Shown here piece after piece: positions 18,626 through 26,863 of a stretch of 64,000 nt of DNA. The DNA lies in contig JAJDCG010000001.1 of NCBI GenBank assembly GCA_029260965.1, forward strand, positions 445,803 through 509,802. Direction: 5' to 3'. The stretch is from Candidatus Levyibacteriota bacterium. GTDB taxonomy: Bacteria > Patescibacteriota > Microgenomatia > Levybacterales > UBA12049. Under the pieces are notes generated by a model. It ran no database searches. It was not told where the DNA came from and saw nothing but the letters and a program-made list of their open reading frames with translations. The position numbers and the translations under genes are program-made. The first letter of the stretch is position 1. Each line of letters opens with the position of its first letter.

Positions 18626-20608
18626 ATGGGTGGATTTGATAAGATTGAGCTAGGTAAAAAAGAGGAATCTAGAAAAGATACACTGAGTAGTGGAGGTCAG
18701 GATTTTGCCCGCATGCAGAGCGGTACCAGTTTTATGAGTAGAAGAAGTGGGAAAAAGAAATTCAAATTTTCAAGAAAGAAAACCTCAATAATAGCAGGTG
18801 TGCTTGCTGCTATCCTGGTGTTGGTAGGAATTCCAGCATATCTTACTTACGATTCTGGTCTTAAGACATATAGGCAAGCAAAGCTGGTTGCAGCAGCCAT
18901 GGATACTCAGAATGTCGAGCAGGCATCAAAAGAAATTGAAATCACGAGAAAGCATCTTAAAAACACTCAACGCAGTTTTAAATTTCTCATTCCTTTTAAA
19001 TTTGTGCCTGTTATTGGTTGGTACTATAGTGATTTAGGGCATATGCTAAATGCTGGTTCACATGGGCTTGAGGCAGCAACTGTTGCTACAGATGCAATAA
19101 AACCATATGCAGACGTGTTGGGTCTCAAGGGAGAAGGAAGTTTTTCAGAAGGATCAGCAGAAGATAGGATAAAGACTGCTGTTCTGACAATAGGAAAGAT
19201 TACTCCTGAGGTTGATAGAATAGCTGTCTCTCTTGAGAAAGTTCAGGTCGAGATTGATGAAGTAAATCCTGATCATTATCCTGCGTTTTTGTTTGGTCCG
19301 AGTTTTAAATCTCGTCTTGAGAATCTTAAAAAAATAACAGATCAGGGAGTTAGTTTTGTGACAGATGCAAAACCTTTGGTAAAAGTGCTTCCATCGCTTC
19401 TTGGTGAGGAGGAACCAAAGAAATATCTAATTTTGTTCCAGAACGACAAGGAGCTTAGACCAACAGGAGGATTTATAACTGCATTTGCTATCTTCAATGT
19501 AGATAAGGGTGTTATAAAAATTGAGAGGTCTGATGATATATATGATCTTGATAATTCCATATCTGGTAAGCCTCCAGCACCTGATGCAATTCAGAGATAC
19601 CTGGCAAACGTATCGGTTCTCAATCTCCGTGACAGTAACGTTTCTCCTGACTTTATAGAGTCGATGGAGACGTTTAATTCTCTTTATGAAAAATCAGGAC
19701 AAAGCGTTGATGTGGACGGAATTATTGCGCTGGATACAAGTGTTTTGGTGTCAACCATAAAAGTTTTGGATGATCAGGTACAGGCAGGTGGCATGACATT
19801 TAATACACAGATTGACGAGCGTTGTGATTGTCCACAGGTTATTTATGAGTTAGAAAATACAATATCCCGTCCTGTAAATTATGTCAAAACAGATCGCAAG
19901 AGTTTGATTGGAGAGCTTTTGCAGGCTATTATGACCAAGGCATTCTCATCAAGCCCCAAGATTTATTGGGGACCACTATTTCAGACAATACTTACAGAGG
20001 CTGATCAGAAGCACGTACTTGTTTATCTCTACAACAAAGAGGCACAGCAGGGAATCGAGGCACTTAATTATGCAGGGCGCATCAGAGATTTTGAGGGTGA
20101 TTATCTACACATCAATGAGAGTTCTTTTTCTGGGGCAAAGGTAAATATCTTCCTTGAGGAGGAGGTCGAAAATAAATACGAGGTTGATAAAGAAGGTATT
20201 GTTACAAAGACTGTAACTATTACTTATAAAAATCCATACCCTCCGTCTGATTGTAATCTCGAGTCAGGAGGTTTATGTTTGAATGCTGAATATAGGGATT
20301 GGTTGAGGATTTATGTACCTCAGGGAAGTGAGTTGGTTGATAGCGAAGGTTCTCAGGTAAAAATAGAAACGTCTGAAGAGTTCGGAAAGACGCTTTTTGA
20401 AGGTTTTATTACGGTGAGACCTCAGGGTTCAAAGAAATTTTCTATCACATATAAGCTTCCATTTAAGCTTGAAAAAGGATCACCACTTCCTCTTATGATA
20501 CAAAAACAGCCAGGCACCCATGGTAATGTATATACAAATGTTGTTAATGGTAAGACTATTGAGACATTTCCTCTCTTGACAGATAAAGAAGCTTTGCTCA
20601 AGATATAA
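18626..20608 (+). CDS. hypothetical 660-aa N-terminally membrane-anchored extracytoplasmic protein (possibly DUF4012-like)
   Basis: Basic N-terminus, one TM (IIAGVLAAILVLVGIPAYLTY), then a large soluble domain with no catalytic motif I recognise. Sits at the edge of the glycan cluster. Confidence 0.5.
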   Translation: MGGFDKIELGKKEESRKDTLSSGGQDFARMQSGTSFMSRRSGKKKFKFSRKKTSIIAGVLAAILVLVGIPAYLTYDSGLKTYRQAKLVAAAMDTQNVEQASKEIEITRKHLKNTQRSFKFLIPFKFVPVIGWYYSDLGHMLNAGSHGLEAATVATDAIKPYADVLGLKGEGSFSEGSAEDRIKTAVLTIGKITPEVDRIAVSLEKVQVEIDEVNPDHYPAFLFGPSFKSRLENLKKITDQGVSFVTDAKPLVKVLPSLLGEEEPKKYLILFQNDKELRPTGGFITAFAIFNVDKGVIKIERSDDIYDLDNSISGKPPAPDAIQRYLANVSVLNLRDSNVSPDFIESMETFNSLYEKSGQSVDVDGIIALDTSVLVSTIKVLDDQVQAGGMTFNTQIDERCDCPQVIYELENTISRPVNYVKTDRKSLIGELLQAIMTKAFSSSPKIYWGPLFQTILTEADQKHVLVYLYNKEAQQGIEALNYAGRIRDFEGDYLHINESSFSGAKVNIFLEEEVENKYEVDKEGIVTKTVTITYKNPYPPSDCNLESGGLCLNAEYRDWLRIYVPQGSELVDSEGSQVKIETSEEFGKTLFEGFITVRPQGSKKFSITYKLPFKLEKGSPLPLMIQKQPGTHGNVYTNVVNGKTIETFPLLTDKEALLKI

Positions 20609-20629
20609 GTAAGTAGGGCTTTATTTCTA

Positions 20630-21172
20630 ATGCGTAATTTTAAAACAGAAGGTATTATTATCAAGAGGCGAAATTTTCAGGATCAGGACCGTATTCTGAC
20701 GATATTTACACCGTTTAATGGCAAGATTTCCGTCCGCGGTACAGGAGTACGCAAGATCACAAGTCGTAGATCAGGCCACATAGAGCTTCTTAACCACAGC
20801 ATGCTTACTTTATATCAGGGCAAATCCTTTCCTGTGCTTACTGAGGCTGCAACTATCAATAATTTTTCAGAAATAAAAAAAGATCTTGATACCATGGGGT
20901 TTGCGTATCATATTTGTGAATTGGTAGATGGTCTGTGTCCTGAGAATCAAGAAAATGTGCAAGTTTTCTCGCTTCTCAAAGATACGCTTATGAGTCTGGA
21001 GGCAGATCTGGACAAGAGATCAATTGTCAATGAGTTTGAGATGAAACTTCTTGCCATGCTTGGGTTTTGGAACAAGGTTGATTACGCTCAGGTATTTGAT
21101 ACTCAGAGTTTTATCGAGAACATCCTCGAGCGTCGTCTCAAATCCCGCAGAATCTTCACCAAAATTAACTAA
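20630..21172 (+). CDS. recO: DNA repair protein RecO (short form, 180 aa)
   Basis: EGIIIKRRNFQDQDRILTIFTPFNGKISVRGTGVRKITSRRSG...LTLYQGKSFPVLTEA aligns with the RecO OB-fold N-terminus (EGIVLR..YGESD.IV.LLT...GK...A.GAR). Confidence 0.7.
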   Translation: MRNFKTEGIIIKRRNFQDQDRILTIFTPFNGKISVRGTGVRKITSRRSGHIELLNHSMLTLYQGKSFPVLTEAATINNFSEIKKDLDTMGFAYHICELVDGLCPENQENVQVFSLLKDTLMSLEADLDKRSIVNEFEMKLLAMLGFWNKVDYAQVFDTQSFIENILERRLKSRRIFTKIN

Positions 21173-21212
21173 TTCAGTCTCAAACATTGACTATCGGGTG
21201 TATAATAAAGGC

Positions 21213-21461
21213 ATGAGAGAGAGGGGTTTATCCAGAATTGGTCAGGATCCAGAGCTTAAAGCAACATATGTTTTGCAAGAAGCGTTGGGAGGGTTTGATA
21301 GAAAGCTTAGAATGAATCCAGAAAGACGAGAGGGAGAAAGCCCACTAATTAATAATAGAGCTGGCGCAGAGGAACTAATTGGAAAAATAGGCGGAACTGC
21401 AGGTTTTATAAAGATTCTCAATGTGGTGGTTTTGAGCGATAGGAAAACTGTTAAAAAATAA
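21213..21461 (+). CDS. small hypothetical ORF (82 aa) in the recO-glyQS spacer
   Basis: Internal Met of track ORF 21051..21461; the long form would overlap recO. No motif. Could instead be non-coding. Confidence 0.2.
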   Translation: MRERGLSRIGQDPELKATYVLQEALGGFDRKLRMNPERREGESPLINNRAGAEELIGKIGGTAGFIKILNVVVLSDRKTVKK

Positions 21462-21544
21462 GTTTTTACTTCTAAATATTAAAAGAAATAGACTATTATT
21501 TCTTCACCCTTTACGCTTGAGCATCAACCCTTTATAATATCCAT

Positions 21545-23017
21545 ATGGCATCAGACAAGATGGAAAAGATTGTAGCACTGGCAAAGCGACGGGGATTTAT
21601 CTACCCTGGATCAGAAATTTACGGCGGGCTTGCCAATACTTATGATTACGGACCGCTTGGCACTGAGCTTCTCAGAAACATAAAAGACCTTTGGTGGAGG
21701 ATGTTTGTACAAAAACGTTCAGATATAGTTGGTCTTGATGCCAGTCTTATCTCACACCACAAGATCTGGGAAGCATCAGGTCATACTGCAGGCTTTGCCG
21801 ATGCGATGATAGATTGTAAGAACTGCAAGGCGCGGATGAGAGCCGATCATTTATTAGAAGATTGCATAAGCAAGGGTGTAAATTTTTCTTTATTAAAGCA
21901 GACTTTATTGTCTCCAAATAATAAAACATTTAATAATGCTGAAAAGAAAATATTAGATAGTGTTGTTACAACAAATAAGGTTGAAGGATTATCAGTTGAA
22001 ATATTAAATAAATTAATACTTTTTTTAAAACCAAAATGCCCAAATTGTGGGAAAATTGATTGGACAGATGTTCGCAAGTTTAATCAGCTTTTTCCTGTTC
22101 AGCTAGGGATAGTTGAGGGAGATAAAGGTTTGGCTTATCTGAGAGGAGAGACAGCACAGGGAATGTTTATCAATTTCAAAAATGTGGTTGATTCAACAAG
22201 AGTAAGACTTCCCTTTGGGATTGCGCAGCTTGGGAAAGGATTTAGAAATGAAATAACGCCAGGTAATTCGGTTTTTCGGACAATTGAGTTTGACATGGGT
22301 GAGATTGAGTATTTTTTTGATCCCAAGCAAAGTAACTGGCAGGAATTGTTTGAGGAATGGAAAGCAGAAATATGGGATTTTGTGATTAAAAAGCTGGGAA
22401 TTGATGAGACCAATCTCCGTTGGAGAGAACACGCAAATGAGGAAAGATCTTTTTACAGCGAGCGGACAATTGACCTGGAGTACAAATTTCCATTTGGCTT
22501 CAAAGAACTTTGGGGGCTTGCATATCGTACTGACTATGATCTAACTCAGCACATGGATCTTTCAAAGAAAGATTTGACAATAGTTGATCCTCAGACTGGG
22601 ATAAAGACTCTGCCTCATGTGATAGAGCCTGCAGTTGGAATTAACCGTTTGCTGCTTATGATTCTGGTAGATTCATATAGAGAAGAAGAAAATAGAGTTG
22701 TTCTCCAGATTCATCCCAAGCTTGCGCCATATAAAGTGGCTGTATTTCCGCTTCTTGGTAATAAAGAAGAGTTGATTACAAAGGCAAAAAACGTTTATGA
22801 TGATTTGAAAAAAGACTTTATGGTGGCATTTGACGATCGGGGGAATATAGGCAAGCGGTACATGAGCCAGGACGAGGCAGGAACGCCCTGGTGCGTGACA
22901 GTTGATTTTGACACGCTTGATGATGACACAGTGACAATCAGAGACCGCGACACAGCCGAGCAGGAAAGGGTAAAAATAAAGGATTTGGCTGATTATTTTT
23001 CTAAAAAACTTCAATAG
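21545..23017 (+). CDS. glyQS: glycine--tRNA ligase, dimeric class II (GlyQS type), with a Cys4 insertion
   Basis: IYPGSEIYGGLANTYDYGPLGTELLRNIKDLWW...HHKIWEASGHTAGFAD is the GlyQS N-terminal signature. Anticodon-binding C-terminus present. Insertion containing CKNCK...CPNCGK. Confidence 0.85.
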   Translation: MASDKMEKIVALAKRRGFIYPGSEIYGGLANTYDYGPLGTELLRNIKDLWWRMFVQKRSDIVGLDASLISHHKIWEASGHTAGFADAMIDCKNCKARMRADHLLEDCISKGVNFSLLKQTLLSPNNKTFNNAEKKILDSVVTTNKVEGLSVEILNKLILFLKPKCPNCGKIDWTDVRKFNQLFPVQLGIVEGDKGLAYLRGETAQGMFINFKNVVDSTRVRLPFGIAQLGKGFRNEITPGNSVFRTIEFDMGEIEYFFDPKQSNWQELFEEWKAEIWDFVIKKLGIDETNLRWREHANEERSFYSERTIDLEYKFPFGFKELWGLAYRTDYDLTQHMDLSKKDLTIVDPQTGIKTLPHVIEPAVGINRLLLMILVDSYREEENRVVLQIHPKLAPYKVAVFPLLGNKEELITKAKNVYDDLKKDFMVAFDDRGNIGKRYMSQDEAGTPWCVTVDFDTLDDDTVTIRDRDTAEQERVKIKDLADYFSKKLQ

Positions 23018-23066
23018 AGTCCTATAGCTCTTGAAAAAATGAATTTCTTGAGTTATAATTCGCATA

Positions 23067-24161
23067 ATGAATGCACCGGATAGGCTCTGTGCTTATGCTC
23101 CACAAGATGAACGCAATGCCCGTCGTTCATTACTTCCAGCTGTCATTACTATCTACATAAACGAAGCTGTGAAAAGGGCAAGAAGAACACCAGCTGTAAA
23201 CGAAGTTTTTCAATTTCCATTACGGAATGCTAAGATTGAGGGTATAAATTTTTGTCCAGCCGTTACAAGCACTTTTGCTATTTTTACAAAAGCAGCACAT
23301 GTATTAGGGGATGGATGGCAGATGAGCGAGATCTTAACAGATGATCAAAGAAATATCCTAGATGGAGCCATAGAATTTGGCGCTGATGTTCCAGACAATC
23401 ACTTTAAGAATAATTTTTTAACATCATATCCTTTATTTGCTTTAGGCTTGTTACACGAGTTAATATATGCAGGTGAAATAGAAAAACCCGAAACTGTAAG
23501 GCAAGTGCTTGAGTTATTGAAAGATACTGATCTGCATGGTTTAATGCGGGAGGGAATGCATACTGCAAGTCGGGTGTGGAGTCAGGAAGCTAAAACAAGT
23601 CCGTGGGAAATTTTTCGTAATTTTAGACATTTATATAACTATGGCAAAGAGTCGCCATTTATAATCAATAATGATGGGTCTCGTTCTTTTAAATCGGAGA
23701 TTACTACTCATCTTCATGCAAAAATGAGGGCAGTAAACCAAAAGGGAGAACGCGCAGCTGTAAGTTGCCCAATTGCAGTTCGGACAATTTACGATATTAG
23801 TAACGATCCAAGTTCCTGTGCATACATTAGCGAAGACCAAAGAAGGAGCTTGATTACTCCAGATCCAAAATCAGGTCTTCCTTTGGCAACGCAGAATGAA
23901 AAAGGTGCTATCCATATTGAGTTTGATGCGCTAAATGCTTTAAGTGACTTTTTTTTAGAATTTGCTGAAAACGTAATTACGCAAAGAGGCGTACCTGTTC
24001 TGATAGATTGTAGAGGATGGCCTCACAAAGATGGCATAATTTATATTGATCAAAATGAATCTGTTCCTTCTGCATTAAAGCATGAGCCTAGGCCTGATTG
24101 CCCACTAAATAGCGATGAGAACATAATATTTGGAAATAAGCCTTGTTCTTGCGCAGCTTAG
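23067..24161 (+). CDS. hypothetical protein (364 aa), compositionally atypical
   Basis: No TM, signal or motif recognised. The 5' part is about 50 % GC against a roughly 33-36 % local background. Confidence 0.5.
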   Translation: MNAPDRLCAYAPQDERNARRSLLPAVITIYINEAVKRARRTPAVNEVFQFPLRNAKIEGINFCPAVTSTFAIFTKAAHVLGDGWQMSEILTDDQRNILDGAIEFGADVPDNHFKNNFLTSYPLFALGLLHELIYAGEIEKPETVRQVLELLKDTDLHGLMREGMHTASRVWSQEAKTSPWEIFRNFRHLYNYGKESPFIINNDGSRSFKSEITTHLHAKMRAVNQKGERAAVSCPIAVRTIYDISNDPSSCAYISEDQRRSLITPDPKSGLPLATQNEKGAIHIEFDALNALSDFFLEFAENVITQRGVPVLIDCRGWPHKDGIIYIDQNESVPSALKHEPRPDCPLNSDENIIFGNKPCSCAA

Positions 24162-24164
24162 CCT

Positions 24165-24302
24165 TCAAGTCACCCGTTTGATTCTTTGCACTGTTCGGAT
24201 GTTTCGTTTCAACCGTCTTGCGTACTCCTTTTTCGAGATACCAACTTTTAACCACGCACTAAGTAACTCTCTTTCTGTTTGAGTAAGTTTCTTGTGTTTC
24301 AT
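24165..24302 (-). pseudogene. remnant of an IS30-family transposase: N-terminal HTH only (45 codons)
   Basis: Minus-strand ORF MKHKKLTQTERELLSAWLKVGISKKEYARRLKRNIRTVQRIKRVT* matches the IS30 HTH_38 pattern LTxxERxxIxxLxxxGxSxxxIAxxLxRxxSTIxREIxRN. A GGAGGTG RBS lies 8 nt upstream. There is no DDE catalytic domain downstream. Confidence 0.5.
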
Positions 24303-24411
24303 TTATTCACCTCCCTTCTACCTCAGAAAAGCAAATTGTGCCTTAACAAGAACCTTTAGGGGATGGCGATCGTTTCTAGAACTTGGGCTTTTAAATCTGT
24401 AGAATTTACAA

Positions 24412-24420
24412 TGATATAAT
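24412..24420 (+). promoter_or_regulatory. extended -10 element TGATATAAT (second TGTATAAT at 24442-24449) upstream of ORF 24523
   Basis: Read directly; consensus TGnTATAAT. Confidence 0.3.
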
Positions 24421-24522
24421 CATTTCCCAACGCACTGTATTTGTATAATTTCACGATTAAATTATAACAGAAATTTTTCGCTTGACAGGGAGGCAGGATT
24501 TAGGATATTCTAAATTATACAA

Positions 24523-25029
24523 ATGTTTGAGAAACTAAAAAAAGATAGAAAAAGCCAAATCGTTGCCGTTATTATAGCGGTTCTTTTATTGGCTAGTGGA
24601 TATTTGCTTTTTGCAGGTAAATCCGCTCCTGAGCCTGAGGACGAAGATATAGAGACCAATATTATAGAGAAACTCACAGCTGAGGAGCTGGGGCTTACTA
24701 TGGAAGCAAAACCTGATGGTAAAGCAGTCAAGTTCATTATTGAGAATACAGAAGGAATAGAAACTATAGAATACTCTCTTTCATATGAGGCTGATTCAAC
24801 TTCACAAGAAATTGCAGAAGGGGGAGATCCTAGGGTAGGCCGTGGGATAATAGGTGAATCAGAAATAGATAACGATACGGAGCCGTTTGAATCAGAGTGG
24901 CTTGATCTTGGGTCGTGCTCCAAAAATGTTTGTCGTTATGATTCAGGTGTTGAGTCAGTTGAGCTGACACTCAAGATAGAAAAATCAGACGGAAAAATTT
25001 ATTCAGCAGAAGCCTCACTGGAGCTCTAA
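24523..25029 (+). CDS. hypothetical small acidic membrane-anchored protein (168 aa)
   Basis: Single N-terminal TM (IVAVIIAVLLLASGYLLFAG), then an acidic soluble region. No known motif. Confidence 0.5.
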   Translation: MFEKLKKDRKSQIVAVIIAVLLLASGYLLFAGKSAPEPEDEDIETNIIEKLTAEELGLTMEAKPDGKAVKFIIENTEGIETIEYSLSYEADSTSQEIAEGGDPRVGRGIIGESEIDNDTEPFESEWLDLGSCSKNVCRYDSGVESVELTLKIEKSDGKIYSAEASLEL

Positions 25030-25146
25030 AAGCTTTCTTACATAATTCTTACATTTTCAACACTACATTTTGTACTTTTGGGTATTCGCATACACTAGAG
25101 ACCCTTTGTTTTTTGTTGACATTAATCATCAAACAGCGCAATATAT

Positions 25147-25177
25147 AAAAGTAGTCCAAAATAGGAAAAAGTAGTCC
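25147..25177 (+). promoter_or_regulatory. direct repeat AAAAGTAGTCC x2 (20-bp period), 50-80 bp upstream of mraZ; candidate MraZ operator
   Basis: Read directly at 25147-25157 and 25167-25177. MraZ proteins are known to bind spaced direct repeats upstream of their own gene. A TTGACA-18-AATATA promoter-like element sits just upstream (about 25117-25146). Confidence 0.3.
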
Positions 25178-25226
25178 TCTGCAAATGCAAAGCAGATTTA
25201 TTTTGGCTAAATATAGAGGCAGGAAT

Positions 25227-25661
25227 ATGTTAATAGGACAACATGATGGCAAGGTTAGCAATAAACATCAAACAGCATTACCCAAAAAGTTCAGAAAAGA
25301 ACTTGGAGATAGGCTGATTATTACAAAAGGATTTGAGAATTGTTTGATAATTGTGTCTGAAAAAAGCTGGAAGACGCTTTTGGAAGGTACAGAGGGAAGA
25401 CCTTTTACACAGAAAAATACAAGAGAGTTGCAGAGATTTTTGCTTGGAAACGCGACAGATGTTGATCTTGATGCAAAAGGAAGATTTGTGCTTCCTGAAT
25501 ACCTGAGGAGGTTTGCAGGGCTTGAGACTGAGATAATTTTTGCAGGAATTGAGAGATTTGTTGAGGTTTGGGACAGAAAGACTTGGGATGCGCATCAGAA
25601 GTCATTGGGAGAGAGTATAGAAACAATAGCAGAAAAACTGTCTAACGAAAAAGATTTATGA
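25227..25661 (+). CDS. mraZ: transcriptional regulator MraZ
   Basis: Two copies of the MraZ motif (ALPKKFRKELGDRLIITKG and LDAKGRFVLPEYLRRFAGL). Start set at MLIGQ; the track start is 25185. Confidence 0.85.
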   Translation: MLIGQHDGKVSNKHQTALPKKFRKELGDRLIITKGFENCLIIVSEKSWKTLLEGTEGRPFTQKNTRELQRFLLGNATDVDLDAKGRFVLPEYLRRFAGLETEIIFAGIERFVEVWDRKTWDAHQKSLGESIETIAEKLSNEKDL

Positions 25662-26560
25662 ATTATGACAAAGGACAGGACAACTTTCATAAAAGCGTAC
25701 TTTTAAAAGAAGTAATAGATTATTTAAGAATTAAAAAAGGAAGAAAGTATATTGATGCGACATTGGGTGGAGGAGGACACACAGGTGCAATATTGGAAAA
25801 AGGGGGTATTGTTTTGGGCCTGGATATTGATCATGACGCACTTAGATACGTTAGAAAAAATTTCCAATTCGCAATTTCCAATCTGCAATTGAAGATTTCG
25901 AAAGGGAATTTTAGAGAGATTGACAAAATAGCAATTGAAAACAGTTTTGACAATGTAGATGGAATCATATTAGACCTTGGGGTTTCCAGTTATCAGTTGG
26001 ATACCGCTTCTAGAGGGTTTAGCATAAAAAATGCTGGCCCTCTGGATATGCGGATGGATAAAGATTTGTCCATTAGCGCATATGATCTGATAAAAATTTT
26101 AACAAAAAAAGAATTGTATGAATTATTTAATAGATTTGGTGAAGAAGTTAATGCTCGTGCCATCTCTGAGGGTATTGTCAGTGCCCGTAAACTAGAAGAC
26201 ATACAGACAACTGATCAGTTGGCAGAAATCGTTAAAAGATCGGTTCGCAGGAGTAACAAAAAAATTCATCCTGCAACGCTTGTTTTTCAAGCACTTAGAA
26301 TTGCAGTAAATGACGAGTTGGGTAGTCTGATGACAGCACTGCCGAAAGCATTTGAACTCTTGGGTTCAAAAGGTAGATTAGCAGTTATATCTTTTCACTC
26401 GTTGGAGGATAGGATCGTCAAACAGGAGTTTAGAAAATGGCATGAAATAGGAAAAGGAAAGATAGTAGCGAAGAAGCCAGTTATGGCAAGTAGTCTGGAG
26501 ATGGAAAATAATCCACGCTCAAGGAGCGCAAAGTTAAGAGTTATAGAAAAAAATGAATAG
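25658..26560 (+). CDS. rsmH: 16S rRNA (cytosine1402-N4)-methyltransferase RsmH (MraW)
   Basis: HKSVLLKEVIDYL, YIDATLGGGGHTGAIL, ILDLGVSSYQLD..RGFS. Confidence 0.9.
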   Translation: MNYDKGQDNFHKSVLLKEVIDYLRIKKGRKYIDATLGGGGHTGAILEKGGIVLGLDIDHDALRYVRKNFQFAISNLQLKISKGNFREIDKIAIENSFDNVDGIILDLGVSSYQLDTASRGFSIKNAGPLDMRMDKDLSISAYDLIKILTKKELYELFNRFGEEVNARAISEGIVSARKLEDIQTTDQLAEIVKRSVRRSNKKIHPATLVFQALRIAVNDELGSLMTALPKAFELLGSKGRLAVISFHSLEDRIVKQEFRKWHEIGKGKIVAKKPVMASSLEMENNPRSRSAKLRVIEKNE

Positions 26561-26837
26561 ACCAATAAAACTAATAATTATAATGCTAACTCTAATTATA
26601 GGGCTTTCGATAGTCAAGGTCAGTGTTGAGAATAGCATGTCAACAACAGGAGCTGAATTATCGCACTTGCAGGATGAGGTAGATAAATACAAAAAAGAAA
26701 ATAGTCTTTTGAAAGAGCGCTATTTAACTAGTGCTTCCCTGACAGAGATTGCTTCAAAAGCAGCAACCACAGGTTTTGCATCCTCAAGCAGCGAAATTAA
26801 TCTAGCTGGACCCCTTCCGCTTGCTGTAAATAGATAG
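26553..26837 (+). CDS. ftsL: FtsL-like small bitopic cell-division protein
   Basis: 94 aa with one TM (IKLIIIMLTLIIGLSIV) and a short coiled-coil. Position between rsmH and ftsI. Confidence 0.6.
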   Translation: MNRPIKLIIIMLTLIIGLSIVKVSVENSMSTTGAELSHLQDEVDKYKKENSLLKERYLTSASLTEIASKAATTGFASSSSEINLAGPLPLAVNR

Positions 26838-26863
26838 TGTTGTAATTGATACTGAGTTGAGAG

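Noticed and set aside
21173-21544. Considered RNase P RNA, tmRNA or SRP RNA in the long recO-glyQS spacer.
   Set aside because: No conserved core motif is visible: no GGAAAGUCCGG-like P4, no tRNA-like 3' end with a TtCGA loop, no SRP GGAA/AGCAGG helix-8 pattern. Left as an unexplained spacer.
24510-24923. 137-aa Ser-rich minus-strand ORF.
   Set aside because: It is antisense to the plus-strand ORF 24523-25029, and its composition is an artefact of reading the acidic codons in reverse.
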